From: Callorhinchus milii
Lineage: Eukaryota
Assembly: GCF_018977255.1 (NCBI RefSeq)
Contig: NW_024704746.1
Coordinates: forward strand, 68,138,001-68,202,000
DNA length: 64,000 nt
Reading direction: 5' to 3'
Of the stretch, positions 24,902 to 37,600 are shown piece after piece (position 1 is the stretch's first letter; each line of letters begins with the position of its first letter). The position numbers and the translations under genes were made by a program. The notes under the pieces are model-generated. The model searched no databases. It was not told the origin of the DNA and saw nothing but the letters and a program-made list of their open reading frames with translations.

Positions 24902-25535
24902 AAAGGGGTTGGGGAGGGGGAGGGGTTGGGGGAGGGGGAGGGGTTAGGGGAGGGGTTGGGGAGGGGTTGGGGAGGGGGAGGGGTTGGGGGAGGGGGAGGG
25001 GTTAGGGGAGGGGAGGGGTTAGGGGAGGGGTTGGGGGGGGGGGGGGGAGGGGTTGGGGAGGGGAGGGTTAGGGGAGGGGGAGGGGTTGGGGGAGGGGGAG
25101 GGGTTGGGGGAGGGGGAGGGGTTGGGGGAGGGGGAGGGGTTGGGGGGGGGAGGGGTTGGGGGAGGGGGAGGGGTTGGGGGAGGGGAGGGTTGGGGGAGGG
25201 GGAGGGGTTGGGGGAGGGGAGGGGTTGGGGGAGGGGGAGGGTTGGGGGAGGGGGAGGGGTTGGGGGAGGGGGAGGGGTTGGGGGAGGGGGAGGGGTTGGG
25301 GAGGGGGAGGGTTAGGGAGGGGGAGGGGTTGGGGGAGGGGGAGGGGTTGGGGGAGGGGGAGGGTTAGGGGAGGGGGAGGGGTTGGGGGAGGGGGAGGGGT
25401 TGGGGAGGGGAGGGGTTGGGAGGGGAGGGGTTGGGGGAGGGGGGGGGGGGGGGGGTTGGGGAGGGGGGGGAGGGGTTGGGGGAGGGGGAGGGGTTGGGGA
25501 GGGGAGGGGTTAGGGGAGGGGGAGGGGTTGGGGGT
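24902..25535. repeat. G-rich 18-bp tandem array (ggggttgggggaggggga)n, G-quadruplex forming
   Basis: About 630 bp of G4-5 tracts separated by 1-2 nt. Confidence 0.95.
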
Positions 25536-25549
25536 TATGGTGCGATGTT

Positions 25550-25600
25550 ATTGGCTGAGACTCTAAGCCCCGCCTCTGGGCCGCGCATGCGCGCGCGCGT
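25550..25600. promoter_or_regulatory. CpG-type promoter: CCAAT (25550-25554), GC box (25568-25574), NRF1 palindrome GCGCATGCGC (25583-25592)
   Basis: Three classic promoter motifs within 45 bp in a local CpG cluster; target gene not determined. Confidence 0.6.
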
Positions 25601-25654
25601 TCTGTTCTGAGTTAATGCGCTGCGCGAGGATCGCAAACCATTTTACTGATTAAC

Positions 25655-26470
25655 TACAGCGACAGTCACTACACCAACAGCGACAGTCACTACACCAACA
25701 GCGACAGTCACTACAGTACGTGCTACAGTCACTACAACTACAGTTACTACAGCGACAGTCACGTCAGCGACAGCGACAGTCACTACAGTAAGTGCTACAG
25801 TCACTACAGCAACAGCCACAGTAACTATCGGCAGTACAGTAACTATCTACAGTAACAGCTGCAGTAACTATCTACAGTAACTATCTAACAGTAACTATCT
25901 ACAGTAACTATCGGCAGTAACTATGTGCAGTAACTATGTGCAGTAACTATCGGCAGTAACTATCTACAGTAACAGCTGCAGTAACTATCTGCAGTAACTA
26001 TCTGCAGTAACTATCGGCAGTAACTATCGGCAGTAACTATCGGCAGTAACTATCGGCAGTAACTATCTGCAGTAACTATTTGCAGTAATTATTTGCAGTA
26101 ACTATCGGCAGTAACTATCGGCAGTAACTATCGGCAGTAACTATCGGCAGTAACTATCTACAGTAACAGCTGCAGTAACTATCGGCAGTAACTATCGGCA
26201 GTAACTATCTACAGTAACTATCTACAGTAACAGCCACAGTAACTATCTACAGTAACAGCCACAGTAACTATCTACAGTAACAGCTGCAGTAACTATCAGC
26301 AGTAACTATCTGCAGTAACTATCTGCAGTAACTATCTACAGTAACTACCTGCAGTAACAGCCACAGTAACTATCTACAGTAACTACCTGCAGTAACTATC
26401 TACAGTAACAGCCACAGTAACTATCTACAGTAACTACCTGCAGTAACTATCGGCAGTAACAGCTGCAGCG
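25655..26470. repeat. 12/13-bp minisatellite (cagtaactatctg / cagtaactatcgg / cagtaacagctg variants)
   Basis: Visible tandem units with variant interspersion. Confidence 0.95.
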
Positions 26471-29400
26471 GGTACCCAGCGACAGCACTAACTGAGGGTA
26501 ACTCGCCACACCAGGTAAATAGCAGCCACTGCAGATAGTGAGTCACAGTGACCAGAAACCCCGGCAGGTAACCAGCACATCACCCGCCCGCCCACCCCAG
26601 GAGACCCTCACCAGGACCACCTCCGTCACCAGTAACGAGTGACCACGGCGGCCAGGGCACCGGGACAGCCCAGACAGTCACTACGCTGTATCCCAACAGG
26701 TGTAGTGCGGAGCCAGGAGTGTGAAACTCACACAACATCACTAAGTAATAATAACGCCGTTTGATAATAATAATAATAATAATAATAATCCTAAGAACCC
26801 TTGGGTTTGCCTGAGTCCAGGGTTGGGGGGTTGGGGCCCATTGTCAGAGGTGAGATGCAGACGAGATGTTTGTGCGTTCAGGTGAATATTTAATATCGAT
26901 CGACGCTGTTGGAAAAGGGGACGGAGTCCTCTCCAGTTTCCTTCTCGAGAATTAACATTAATTGGTAGTTCGCTCGCATCATGGCTGTTTGCAGGATATT
27001 GCTATGTGCCACATTCGCCCTCAAAAACACAGTCTGTTGATAAATAATAATCCTTGCATTTGGCATCCCACCTCTCTTGTCAAAAGGGTATCTCAAAACC
27101 TTTCACAGGAGTTTACTGTGAAGTGCAGTTGCTTGTCGCTCCTCAACACGAGGCCAATCGGTGGGACACGGTCGTTGGTGCCCACAGTGTGGAATCCTGC
27201 ACAGCCGAACGGAAGACTTTGAGGATATTGATTGGAAGGTACAAGGGGAATCCGTCCCAAATTTGATTCTTATCTTACGCTTAATTTCGGGTTTGTGGTA
27301 GACACCAATTTCAGCCTGAAGGACCGCGCTGAGAAAGGTGACGGGCACTCATGCTCGTTCCTCTTCAAGGACGGCAAGATCCTAATGTTGTTCACGCTTG
27401 TGGCGTACAAGACTTGTGTGCAAACTGTCCTCTGTAGATAGAGCTTCTGGGGATGCAGCAAAGAGGCTTCCTCCGGCCCATTTGTTAAGTCCAGGATCAA
27501 GCAGTGAGGCGGATTTATGACAAATGTGGGAAGTGGATGCAGGGAGGGGGGGCTACGGCCTTTACTGACCTTTGTCAGAGCACCCTGGAGGCAGAGATGT
27601 CTTTACAGTGGGCATGTATATTTTCCAAGGCCCTCACACGAGGATCTGGATTGAGCAGCCGGTGCTGAGTAAGCCTGGTTCACGGCATTGGACTTGGACC
27701 TAGAGAACATCAAGGTGGCTGGCATGTCACATGCTATCCTTATTAGACAAATTAAACAAAGCAAGTTGCAAATTGGAGCAGGTTGTTCTGGGCTGGGCAG
27801 TGCCGTGTGGAGGTGAGGCGCTGAGTGACATACTCCGGACTTCTGTTAGGAACCCTGAGGCGAACATTAGAGAATCTGTAGCACAATTCGAAAAAAGCAG
27901 TATCTCCTGGTGTCCTGGGCAACAATCCCACAGGCAGAAAAATTAGTCATGACTTTGAACAATGGCAAGATGCTTCGGAAGTGTGTGAGCTCCATGGAAA
28001 CGCTCCAAGAGGAGATAAGTGAACAAGGATTTACAGTAGTTAGTTGTCTCACTGCTCACCAACTGGTCACTGCAGGATAAGGGGCCTACCCAGCCCCAAA
28101 AGGCTGTGTAATTGAGAGCATCGAGGATAATCCCGGTGTGACAGGGTTGAGCTCCGAGCAACAATTAGATATGATTGGACCCATTTACGGGAGAATAATT
28201 GGGTGAGTGTTCAGGAAATATGACACTGAGTCAGTGAAAGGGCCTTCTTCATCCAAACCAATCTGAGATATCCTATCTGTGTGAGGCTGCGTTTAAGCTG
28301 TTTTTAAGTGGATACCAGGCTCATTGCTAAGTGTGTCAGAGTTCACATTGCAAAAAATATGGGAACAGTACAGTGCTGTGTATGGTTCTGATTGGTTTAT
28401 GCCCTCGGGGACATTGGCCATCTAATTTTTCTCAGCATAGACTTTGAAATCATTGACAACATTTTTTTCTCTGGTGAAAGATTATCGTCCAGAAAGGAGA
28501 GGGCGATGTTCAAAATAGTAGGACTGAGAAGTTATTGTTTTACCCATGTTCACAAACTTAGAGAATGTGATTCCTGAATTCCACTGTTCAGGAGGCATTT
28601 CTGAAGAGAGTAGGATTGGAGTCCCGAGGTAGTGTGGAGGACTGGACTGAAAAGGATGGAGCCATGCTGCAGATAAGTGAGGTTTTTTTTGTCAGTCGGA
28701 TGTTTGACACATGCTTAAGAGTCTCCAACCCAAAACTGAGATCTCCATGTATTCCACCAACACATGGAAATCCCAGAGATACATCGTTGGAATGGAATGC
28801 GCTCTCTCTCTCTCTCTCTCTCCCTGTCCCCCTGGAGGGACACAACCTGCTTAGCTACTTCTGGAAATATCAAGCGCAGGTTGACGAGAACCAAAACTTG
28901 GGGGGACTCCAGAGTATGAGTTGGGGTAACTGCTGGAGTCTAACCAACTCTAGCTTGCCCATGCTGAGACGAAAGCGCAGTCAAAGAGGAGCACTTTGAG
29001 GTGAGCTTCAAAATTGGAGAGCGAGAGAGCGAATTAGAAGGACTCCAGGATGGAGTTTAATTAATAAAACAAATGAATTTTGTGGGTTGAGGAATTGGAC
29101 AGTGGTACTTTTGCCCCATGGAGGTGAATCACACTGGATGCTGAACTATTTTTATATAATGTGGCCGCACTGTAGGTCAACAGTCTTGACTTGGTTGTAA
29201 AAAAATAATAGTTTGAAGCGGTGAAGAGCAGCGCTGAAGTTTGCATTTAGATCTGAATTGTTTTTGGAAGCAAGTGGAACCGATTGAGTTTGCGTAGGAA
29301 TGCCAGTGGGACCTCACTTGGCTGCCATTTCCATTGTCTCATTGCATGATAAAATGCAGATAGAGAAAGCAGATTGGTTCTCGAGGATCATCCAAGCAAG

Positions 29401-29508
29401 TGGGGTGGGGCTGAAACCCCAGTGTTTAGTATTATTTTAGTAGTTTCACCCGGTGTCCTGGCCAACAATCCTTCAAGAATTCCAACCCATACCCTTCTAT
29501 TCCCTTCT

Positions 29509-29889
29509 GGAGACCTGTAGAGTAGTAATTAGCGCACTCGCCTCACAAGCCAGAGGACCCAGTTCGATTCCCGGGTGCGGCCAAATCTTAGGCAAGTTTC
29601 CTTACTGCACACATCTCTGTTTACTTAGCAATAAGTAGGAACTCAGTTATTGGTCGATTGGCGGATCATTTTCCGGGGGTAATAATCCCTTCAAAAAATA
29701 ATTTGAATAATAATTTGTTCAATCAATTCACAACTGTTTGCGGGACACTGCTGTGCGCAATTGGCTGCCGGGTTTTGTCCACAAAATACACAGTAGATTC
29801 TGTGAAGAACTTTGAGACGTCTCAATGATGTGATAAGGCAATCAAATGCAGGAATTACTATTATTATTATTATTATTATTATTATCATT
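29509..29889 (+). mobile_element. Same SINE
   Basis: Head-body-tail. Confidence 0.85.
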
Positions 29890-31490
29890 ATGTCTCAATT
29901 TCCATAAGTTGCACTCATTTCCAAACAGAACATTAAAGCTTTGATTTGTGGGAATTAGAGGAGTGAAGCGCGAGTGGGAGAAATTGATCCGAACCCACTC
30001 ACGATGGGGTCTGTGGTTCATTTAATGCATACCCACCGACACTACGTTCTTCTCCCAGGTAGTTTGCAAACTTGTGGCCGTCACTCAGAGGACAATGAAG
30101 GGCTTTGGGATTTCAAAACTGGTCAGGCTAATAAACGCGTCCCAAAGTAAGAGCAGACTGGTGTTTTCCTTTGAGAGGCAACTCTCTTTAGGTATTGTAT
30201 ATGCATAGTTACTTTCTTTTTCACTGTTGTGTTTAGTCTAACATATTGGATTGCTGAATTTAGTCTAACATGCTGGTGTGAAACTGTTTCCTGGTCTTCA
30301 TTTGGACTAATAATCCTTTCATTCGATGTAGCGCCTTCTCACGTCAAAAGCAACTCACCGTTTCGCTGTGTGTGTCGTGATTCTGAAGTGTGGTGACTGT
30401 ATTGTAGGCAAATGTGGCAGCTGGTCCTACAAACAGTCATGAAATGTTTTTTCCTTCTCTCTTCTCTCTAATCACTCTTCTCTCTCTCTCTTCCAAATGA
30501 CTGATTTGTGAATGTCTACATTGGAAAACAATTCTAAGTGAATTATAGCAGAATGTATTAGTAACTCATTAACATAGTTATTTACCATTATTTTACTCTA
30601 ACCAGAGGAATTAAGTTTTAAGAGAGAACCATCCAACTGTCATATGCAGACACACTGTCAAAATATAGCACAGTGTGGTGAGCTGATGGTGAGCTTGTGC
30701 TGGGTTCGGGTTGGATTAAACGAATAGTGCTGTGGGATATTTAACATCCATCTGAACAGACACACACCAGAGTTAATGAGATAACAATACATTAAGCTTA
30801 ACCACTCATTCGTTTTGTTTACTGTTTTCCATTACTCTCCAAGAAATTGTACTCCAAGGTGTTGGAATGAACCATTGCCTCCCAGCTTCGCTCTTCCTTT
30901 CCAAACATGAAGCCCTCCAATCCAGAGTCTCTCCAGCTCTCTCGAACTCCTCCTGGAGTCCCTCTGACTCCACTTTGAGAGATGCCTTTACGTGGTTCGA
31001 GGCCTGTTTTAAGACCTAACTCTTTGACTGCGCCTTCAGCCATCATCCCCCCTCCCTTCCCATCCCCAAAGGGTTAGGTCTTAAAACAGGCCTCAAGTGT
31101 CAAGCCAGCAGCGTGCAGAGCTTTGAGAGATCTTCCGATGTTAAAGACACTATGTATTATAAATTGTATACTGGCGCACACAATTAAGTTTGCCACATAA
31201 ACTTATCTTATTTAAAACTTATCTGCCTTTTCCTGCAGTCCTCCTCCCTGCAGCACATCATTGGTAGGGGAGCTTTCAGCCACTTTTCCCCATTCTCTGA
31301 AACCCCTTTAAGTCCCTCTGCCTCATTTCCTCCCTTTCTGGTGTGTCAAAACCATCTATAACCCTCCGCTCATCCTAACTGCTTCAATCTTGCGCGCTGA
31401 TGGGGCTCCATTACTGTAAAGCACTTTGAGATGCTCCACGTGAAAGGTGCTCTGTAACTGCAACTTGTTGTTGTTGTTGTTGTAGGTATT

Positions 31491-31695
31491 ATGAGCAGAA
31501 GGCGCCTTTACAGCGTGGCACCTATAATCAAAGTGGAGCCAACCAGAGGACTGATGGATGAACTAATGAAGATGGAAGTTTCGCATTTAGTCCCCAATCA
31601 GCCCGTCACATTGCACTCGAGGCTGGAGTCTGATGATTCTTTCTTTTGGGAAGCATACGCTCACTACGTCAGCGATGCGGAGGGCACTGTCAAAG
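31491..31695 (+). CDS. ACOT-like: ACOT exon 1
   Basis: MSRRRLYSVAP..EGTVK G|gtttgt. Confidence 0.9.
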
Positions 31696-34600
31696 GTTTG
31701 TCCAGTGTTACTGGGGCACCGGTTCTCAGCTCCTAGATTCCACAGAACCGTCAAAATGTAGAACCATCGTGATGCAGTAAAATGTCACTCGATGTGTTTT
31801 TCTTCCGGTGCTCGCTCCTCCAAGACTTTCCTCTTCCTCCCACTCCCCCTACTCTGCAGCCCTCTGGATTCCAACCTCCACCTCTGGTACAACCCTTATC
31901 TGTCCAGTGTCATGGGATGTCCTTCTGAAGTGAAAGGTGCTATATAAACGTAATGTTGTTGATGGGTGAGGTGAAGGGACTCTGGGATGAAGTTCCAGAG
32001 GATGGCAAAGAGGCTGAAGGCCCGACTACCGATGGTGGGATGGGCAGGGCAGGGGATATGAAGCAGGCTAGTGCCCGCCGAGCAAAGGGAGTGGGCAGGA
32101 TGGTAAGGTTTTAGAAGCTCACAGAGGTAGATAGAGCAAGACCGTGAGTGTCAAGCCCATTGGTGGGGGGAGGGTAGGAGTTTGTGGTTGGGGTTATCTA
32201 ATCTCAGATGTTTTGAAGCTTGTGTGAAGTATGTGTGTGTGTGTGTGTGTGTGTGTTGCTTGTATCAGTGCCGGGTTTAGCCCAGTTGGAATGAGCAGTT
32301 GGTGATGTCTCCTCTGATGTTCACAGTCACCAGAGACGTGTCAGTCGGAGGAACTTACACCGGTCGGGAACCAATGGGCCTGATTTGGAGTATGACAGCT
32401 GCTCCCGGGACCCAGCATGGAATGAGGTACCCTTGTTTTTCAATGCATTTCTCTCCCACCTTGTTCAATAAAAGTATTGTCGGATTGCCTGGGTCAGAAG
32501 TAATCTTGACACTGGGTCAGAATTTTTGGGTTCCAGTCCCAAGTAGGATAATGTCTCTTTCAAGTAAATGCTTGAATAGAAAATGCCACATCGGCTTCAC
32601 GCACATTTGAATTTAATTTAAATGCAGCTTAAAAAAAAAAGCATTTCTTTTTTGGTGGAGTCCTGCAGCGAGGTGGTTAGAGCACTCGCCTCGCAAGTGA
32701 GAGGACCCGGGTTCGATTCCTGGGCAAAGCGAATCATTCGGCAAGTTTCCTTACTCCACACACACGCCTCTGTTTACCCGGCAGTAAGTAGGAACCCGGT
32801 TGTTAGTCGATTGGGGGATCACTTTTCCAGGGATAATAATCCCTTCAAAAAAAATAATAATCTGGTCACTCAATCTGGTTACGACTGTTGGTGGGACACT
32901 GCTGTGCGTAACTGGCTGCCCACAAAATATACAGTCACTGCACTTTACAGTGTAATCTGTGAAGCGCTTTGAGACGTCTCAAAGACGTGATAAGGCACTG
33001 TATCAAATGTAAAAGGATTATTATAATTTGCATCTGCAAGATGACAGAACATTTGCATCCATTTCTGAACCCACGTTTTAGGCTCCGGAAGATTGATGTG
33101 ACTAAGCCATACCTGGTAAACATCTCTCTGTATGATGGGCACCTTTCCCATGGTTTTGAAGCGAAGGCAGAACTGGCGTCTGTTGTAGTGGAACGTTCAT
33201 ATATAGCTCCAGGCGTCACCAGGTCAGAGCTGGAAGGGCAAGTTGTTGGAACATTGTTCCTTCCACCAGGTAATGGTCTTATTTCAGGTAATGTGTCAGT
33301 GTTAGCACTCTCACCTCTGAGTCAGAAGGTTGTTGGTTCAAGCCCCCTCCACATCTGGACTTGGAATCACACAGTCTAATCTGACGCTCCAATGCAGCTC
33401 TGTGGCGGGGGCGGGGGCGGAGAGGGACGGTGTAGGGGTGTTGCATTGTCATAGATGCCGTCCTTCAGATGAGATGTTAAATCAGGGTCCCATCTGCCTG
33501 CTCAGGTGGATGTTAAAGATCCCGCGGTGCTGTTCGAAAAGAGAACTGAGTTTCTGTCTTTCTCCCGGTGTCCTGGCCAACAATCCCCAACTAAAATTAG
33601 GCAATCACTCCATGGCTGTGTGCAACTGGCTGCTGCGTTTCACCCACTAAATACAGTCACCCTATTTTACAGTGTATCCTATAAACAACTTTGAAACGTC
33701 TCGATGACGTGATGAGACGCTATATCAAACGCATGGATTATTAGTATTATTATTATGTCAAAACGCAGCAAGGCCCTTCACTGGGAATTGTTGGCGTAGT
33801 GACTGTGCATTTGTAGGCAAGCGAGGCAGGCGTTTTGCGCTCAGCAAGAACTCACAAACAGCCATGAACCACTCCCTTTACTGCACCAATCCTGACCTGC
33901 TTCCTGCCCTCGGCTAGCTCTGCCGCACAGTCAGAGGGCAAGCTTGCAGCCACCTCACCTCCTCGCTTTGGGAACTCTTCCATAAGCCCTTTGCCTCCCC
34001 TCCCCTCCCTCTTCAAAACCCATCTAAAAACAACTGAACCTTCAAACATTCCCTCCCCATTGCCCTTCCAGCTTCGGGTTTTTTTTTTGTAAATTACTTT
34101 TGTCATATTCTCTCCAGGTGTAGAGCACTCAAAGTGCAAATAGTTTTCATTTCTAATTAATTTCATTCTGTGGGAACACTTTCAGACGTTTCATTTACGT
34201 GAAAGTCTCCGTATCAACATAAATTGTTGCTCTATTGCGAAATATCCCATTGATATGTCAGCAAAGTCTAGCAAATGTTAGTGTGTGAATTGTGTGTAAT
34301 TAATTTAAGGGTTTAAGTAATCTCTTGAGTTTCTGTCAGTTGTCTCTGTAGTACAGACATTAAGAAGTGTTCTCTATTGGCTCCAGATATTCTGCCAGGA
34401 ATAGTCTATTTCTAATCATCTCAAAGATTTCTTCCACTGTGTTTTACCAGAGTTCAACGGGATTTAAAACAGTAAACTGTGTTATGATAGCCTCGCTCTT
34501 CTACTGAACGCTGGTTTTGTACCTTCCCTTTTTATCTCTCTGCAGGTCCGGGACCCTTCCCTGCCGTCCTAGATATGTGGGGTGGTGGAGGGGGTCTTGT

Positions 34601-37600
34601 GGAATATCGTGCTTCTCTGCTGGCCTCCCGAGGGTTTGTCACGTTGGCGCTGGTTTACATGGCACACAAGGATTTGCCAGAGAAGAAGCAGTCTTTCAGC
34701 TTAAACCCTAAGTACTTTGAGGTAACGCTTTTTAAGGGAGTTCAAATGTTTTTCTACACATGGGTGAGACGGGCACGGGGGAATGCGATGGGTTAGGGTG
34801 GAGTGGGATGAGGTCAGGGAAGCCATTAATGATTTCAGGGCCACGATGATTGTTTTAATCCTTCCATTCTGAGATATATCAGAGTGGAGTCCCTGTAGCT
34901 CAGTGGTTAGAGCACTCGCCTCGCAAGTGAGAGGACCTGTGTTTGATTCCTGGCTGCGCAAAACATTAGGCAAGTTTCCTTACTCCACACACATGCCTCT
35001 CTTTACCAGCAGTAAGTAGGACCATAGTTGTGAGTCGATTGGCGGATTGCTATCCGGGTGTAATAATCCGTTCAAAACAAAAATAAATTTAACAAAATAA
35101 TAATTTGGTCACTCAATCCACGACTGTTTATGGAATACTGCTGTACGCAAATTGTCCGCCGCGTTTCGCCCACAAAATATGCAGTCAATTCACTTTACAG
35201 TATATTCTGTGAAGAGCTTTGAGATGTCTCGATGTTGTGAATAGGCTCTGTATCAGATGCAAGGATTGCAATTATTATTCGATAATTATTATCTATATCT
35301 ATAACTATAATCGTAGTAGGTAATTATTTGGGGAGGACAAGTTTGCAGGGCAATGGGGAGAGCACGGGAATGGGATTGATTTGGAAGCTTTTTTCAAAGA
35401 GCTGGCATTGACACGATGGGCCAAACGTCCTCCTTCTGTGCTACATAAGTCTATGATTCTATGATTATTATCTCTCTTCCTGTATCTCGGGTGTGTTTGA
35501 TGTCTCAGCCCAAACTAACCTTTCTAGTGCAGCACTGGGTGGGTGGGGAGCAGAGAGAGTTGTGTTGTCAGCTGTGTCATGCCTTCAGGTAAGACGTTAA
35601 ACTGAGATCCTGTCTACACCTGTTCAGGTGAATTTCTTTCCACTATTGGAATAAAGAAGAGTTTCTCTCTCTCAGATTCCTGGCAAACAATTCCCCAGAC
35701 AAAATGACTCAATCGCTTTGTGGCTTTCCCTACAGAAAACATTGCCGTGTGGCAGCAATCACAGTGAAGTACTTTCCTTGTGTTACGCTGCTTTTAAAGT
35801 TCTTTCATAACAATAATAAACCTTGCATTTGATGTAGCGCCTTATCATATCTTTGAGCTGTCTCAAAGCGCTTGGTGTAAGTGGTTGTTAATGTTTTACA
35901 GGATGCTTTCAATACCCTGAACAACCATCCCAAAGTGGCCAGAGGCCATGTTGCCATTTTGGGGCTCTCATATGGAGTTAGTCTAGCACTCTACATGGCA
36001 ACGGAGATCAAAAATATCAACGTAAGTTCACCTTGTTTTTGGTCTGTTTACCGCTTTGAGACAGTTGAACGTTCCAGGAGTTGAGAAGGGATTGATTTCT
36101 ATCTGCCACTCTGCCGCCCACACCGCTTGCTGGTTTGATACTTTCTGCCAGAATCATAGAGTCTTACAGCACAAAAGGACTCTTTAAAAACGTTGGGATC
36201 GGGCCGTGCGACAACAACAAATGACATTTACACAATGTCTTTCACGTCGGGAGGACGTTCAAGGCGCTGGACAGTCAGGGATTTGGACCCGAGCAAGGGG
36301 GTTGGGATCAGAAGGGGTGTAGGCCAGGGCGGGTGGGGGTAGGAGGGTGGCCAAAGTCGCGGTCAAAGAGATGGACCTTGAAGGAGGTAAGCGAGGGGGT
36401 GTGGCAAAGCAACTGTGGGATGGAGTTCCAAAGGGTGAGGGAAGAGAGGATGAAGGTCCATGTAGTTGAGTCTCTAATATGCCTGTGCATTCTTTCTCTC
36501 AGCCCAGTTGTCTAGTGTGCATTAGTGGAAGCCACGTCTTGCTCAACAAGAAAGAATCTGAGGATATGTTTGGCAATTTCCTCATGTAAGTTGTTTTTAT
36601 GGTGTAAGGCAGCAGCCCTTTCTGTGTGATGCATGTCAAATTAACGTCATGTCGTTATAAGAAGGATAGCACAGTGTTGGAAAGAGTACAGAATAGGTTT
36701 ACTTGGATAATATCTGACATATTATTGCTATCAGGAACAAAACAGCCAATTAGGCTTGTTTTTGTGAAAATAAACAGCTTAATTTTTAAGTTAAACTTGC
36801 TAAAACTTGTGCTTTTCCCCTTTTGAAGACTTTTCTTGCAAAGTTTGTAAACCACTAACCTAACTGGCCACTCCGTTACCTACAGCAGGCAACACATAAT
36901 ATTTTTGGGCTAGTATTTGGTGGACTTTGGGCTATAAACATATTTTAATTTCTGAGCACACTGATCAGGATCTGAATATGTTAAGCCTTTCTTCGCTAGA
37001 GAACAGATGTTTTAGAGAGGACCTAATAGAGGTGTTTATAATTATAAAACAGTTTGATGAGATTGGCATAAGTTGGCTGTTTCTGCTTGTTGGGGAGTCC
37101 GCAACTGGGGGACAATAGTATATGATAGTGACTCGAGGATGTAAAAAATAATTTACAAGGAATTTCACAGAGGAGAGTGAGACTGTGGAACTCGTTGCCT
37201 GAAACATGGTTACAGCACTCATCTCATTAGGCAAGTTTCCTTGCTCCACACGCCTCTGTTTACCTAGCAGAAGGTAGGAACCCGGTTGTTAGTCGATTGG
37301 TGAATCGCTTTTTCAGGGATAATAATAAAAAAAATAATTTGGTCACTCAATCCACGACTGTTTGTGGGACGCTGCTGTGTGCAATTGGATGCTGTGTTTT
37401 GCCAACAAAATATATAGTCAATTCACTTTACAGTATATTCTGGGAAGCGCTTTGAGATGTCTTAAAGATGTGATAAGACGCTGTATCAAATGCAAGGATT
37501 ATTGTTATTATTATGCGTGGGTCAATCACCCGGATGGCCAAAAAAATCAATCGTTTGACCCTTTATTTTCTGTTGCCAGAGAAGGCACTCTTGCATTGCA

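Noticed and set aside
24335-25610. Long Tyr/Thr-rich and Gly-rich ORFs
   Set aside because: Translations of tandem repeats
25655-26470. CRISPR-like array
   Set aside because: Contiguous 12/13-bp units with no unique spacers; vertebrate DNA
26544-26550. RSS heptamer CACAGTG near the VJ-C1 gene
   Set aside because: No nonamer at 12 or 23 bp spacing; V and J are already fused
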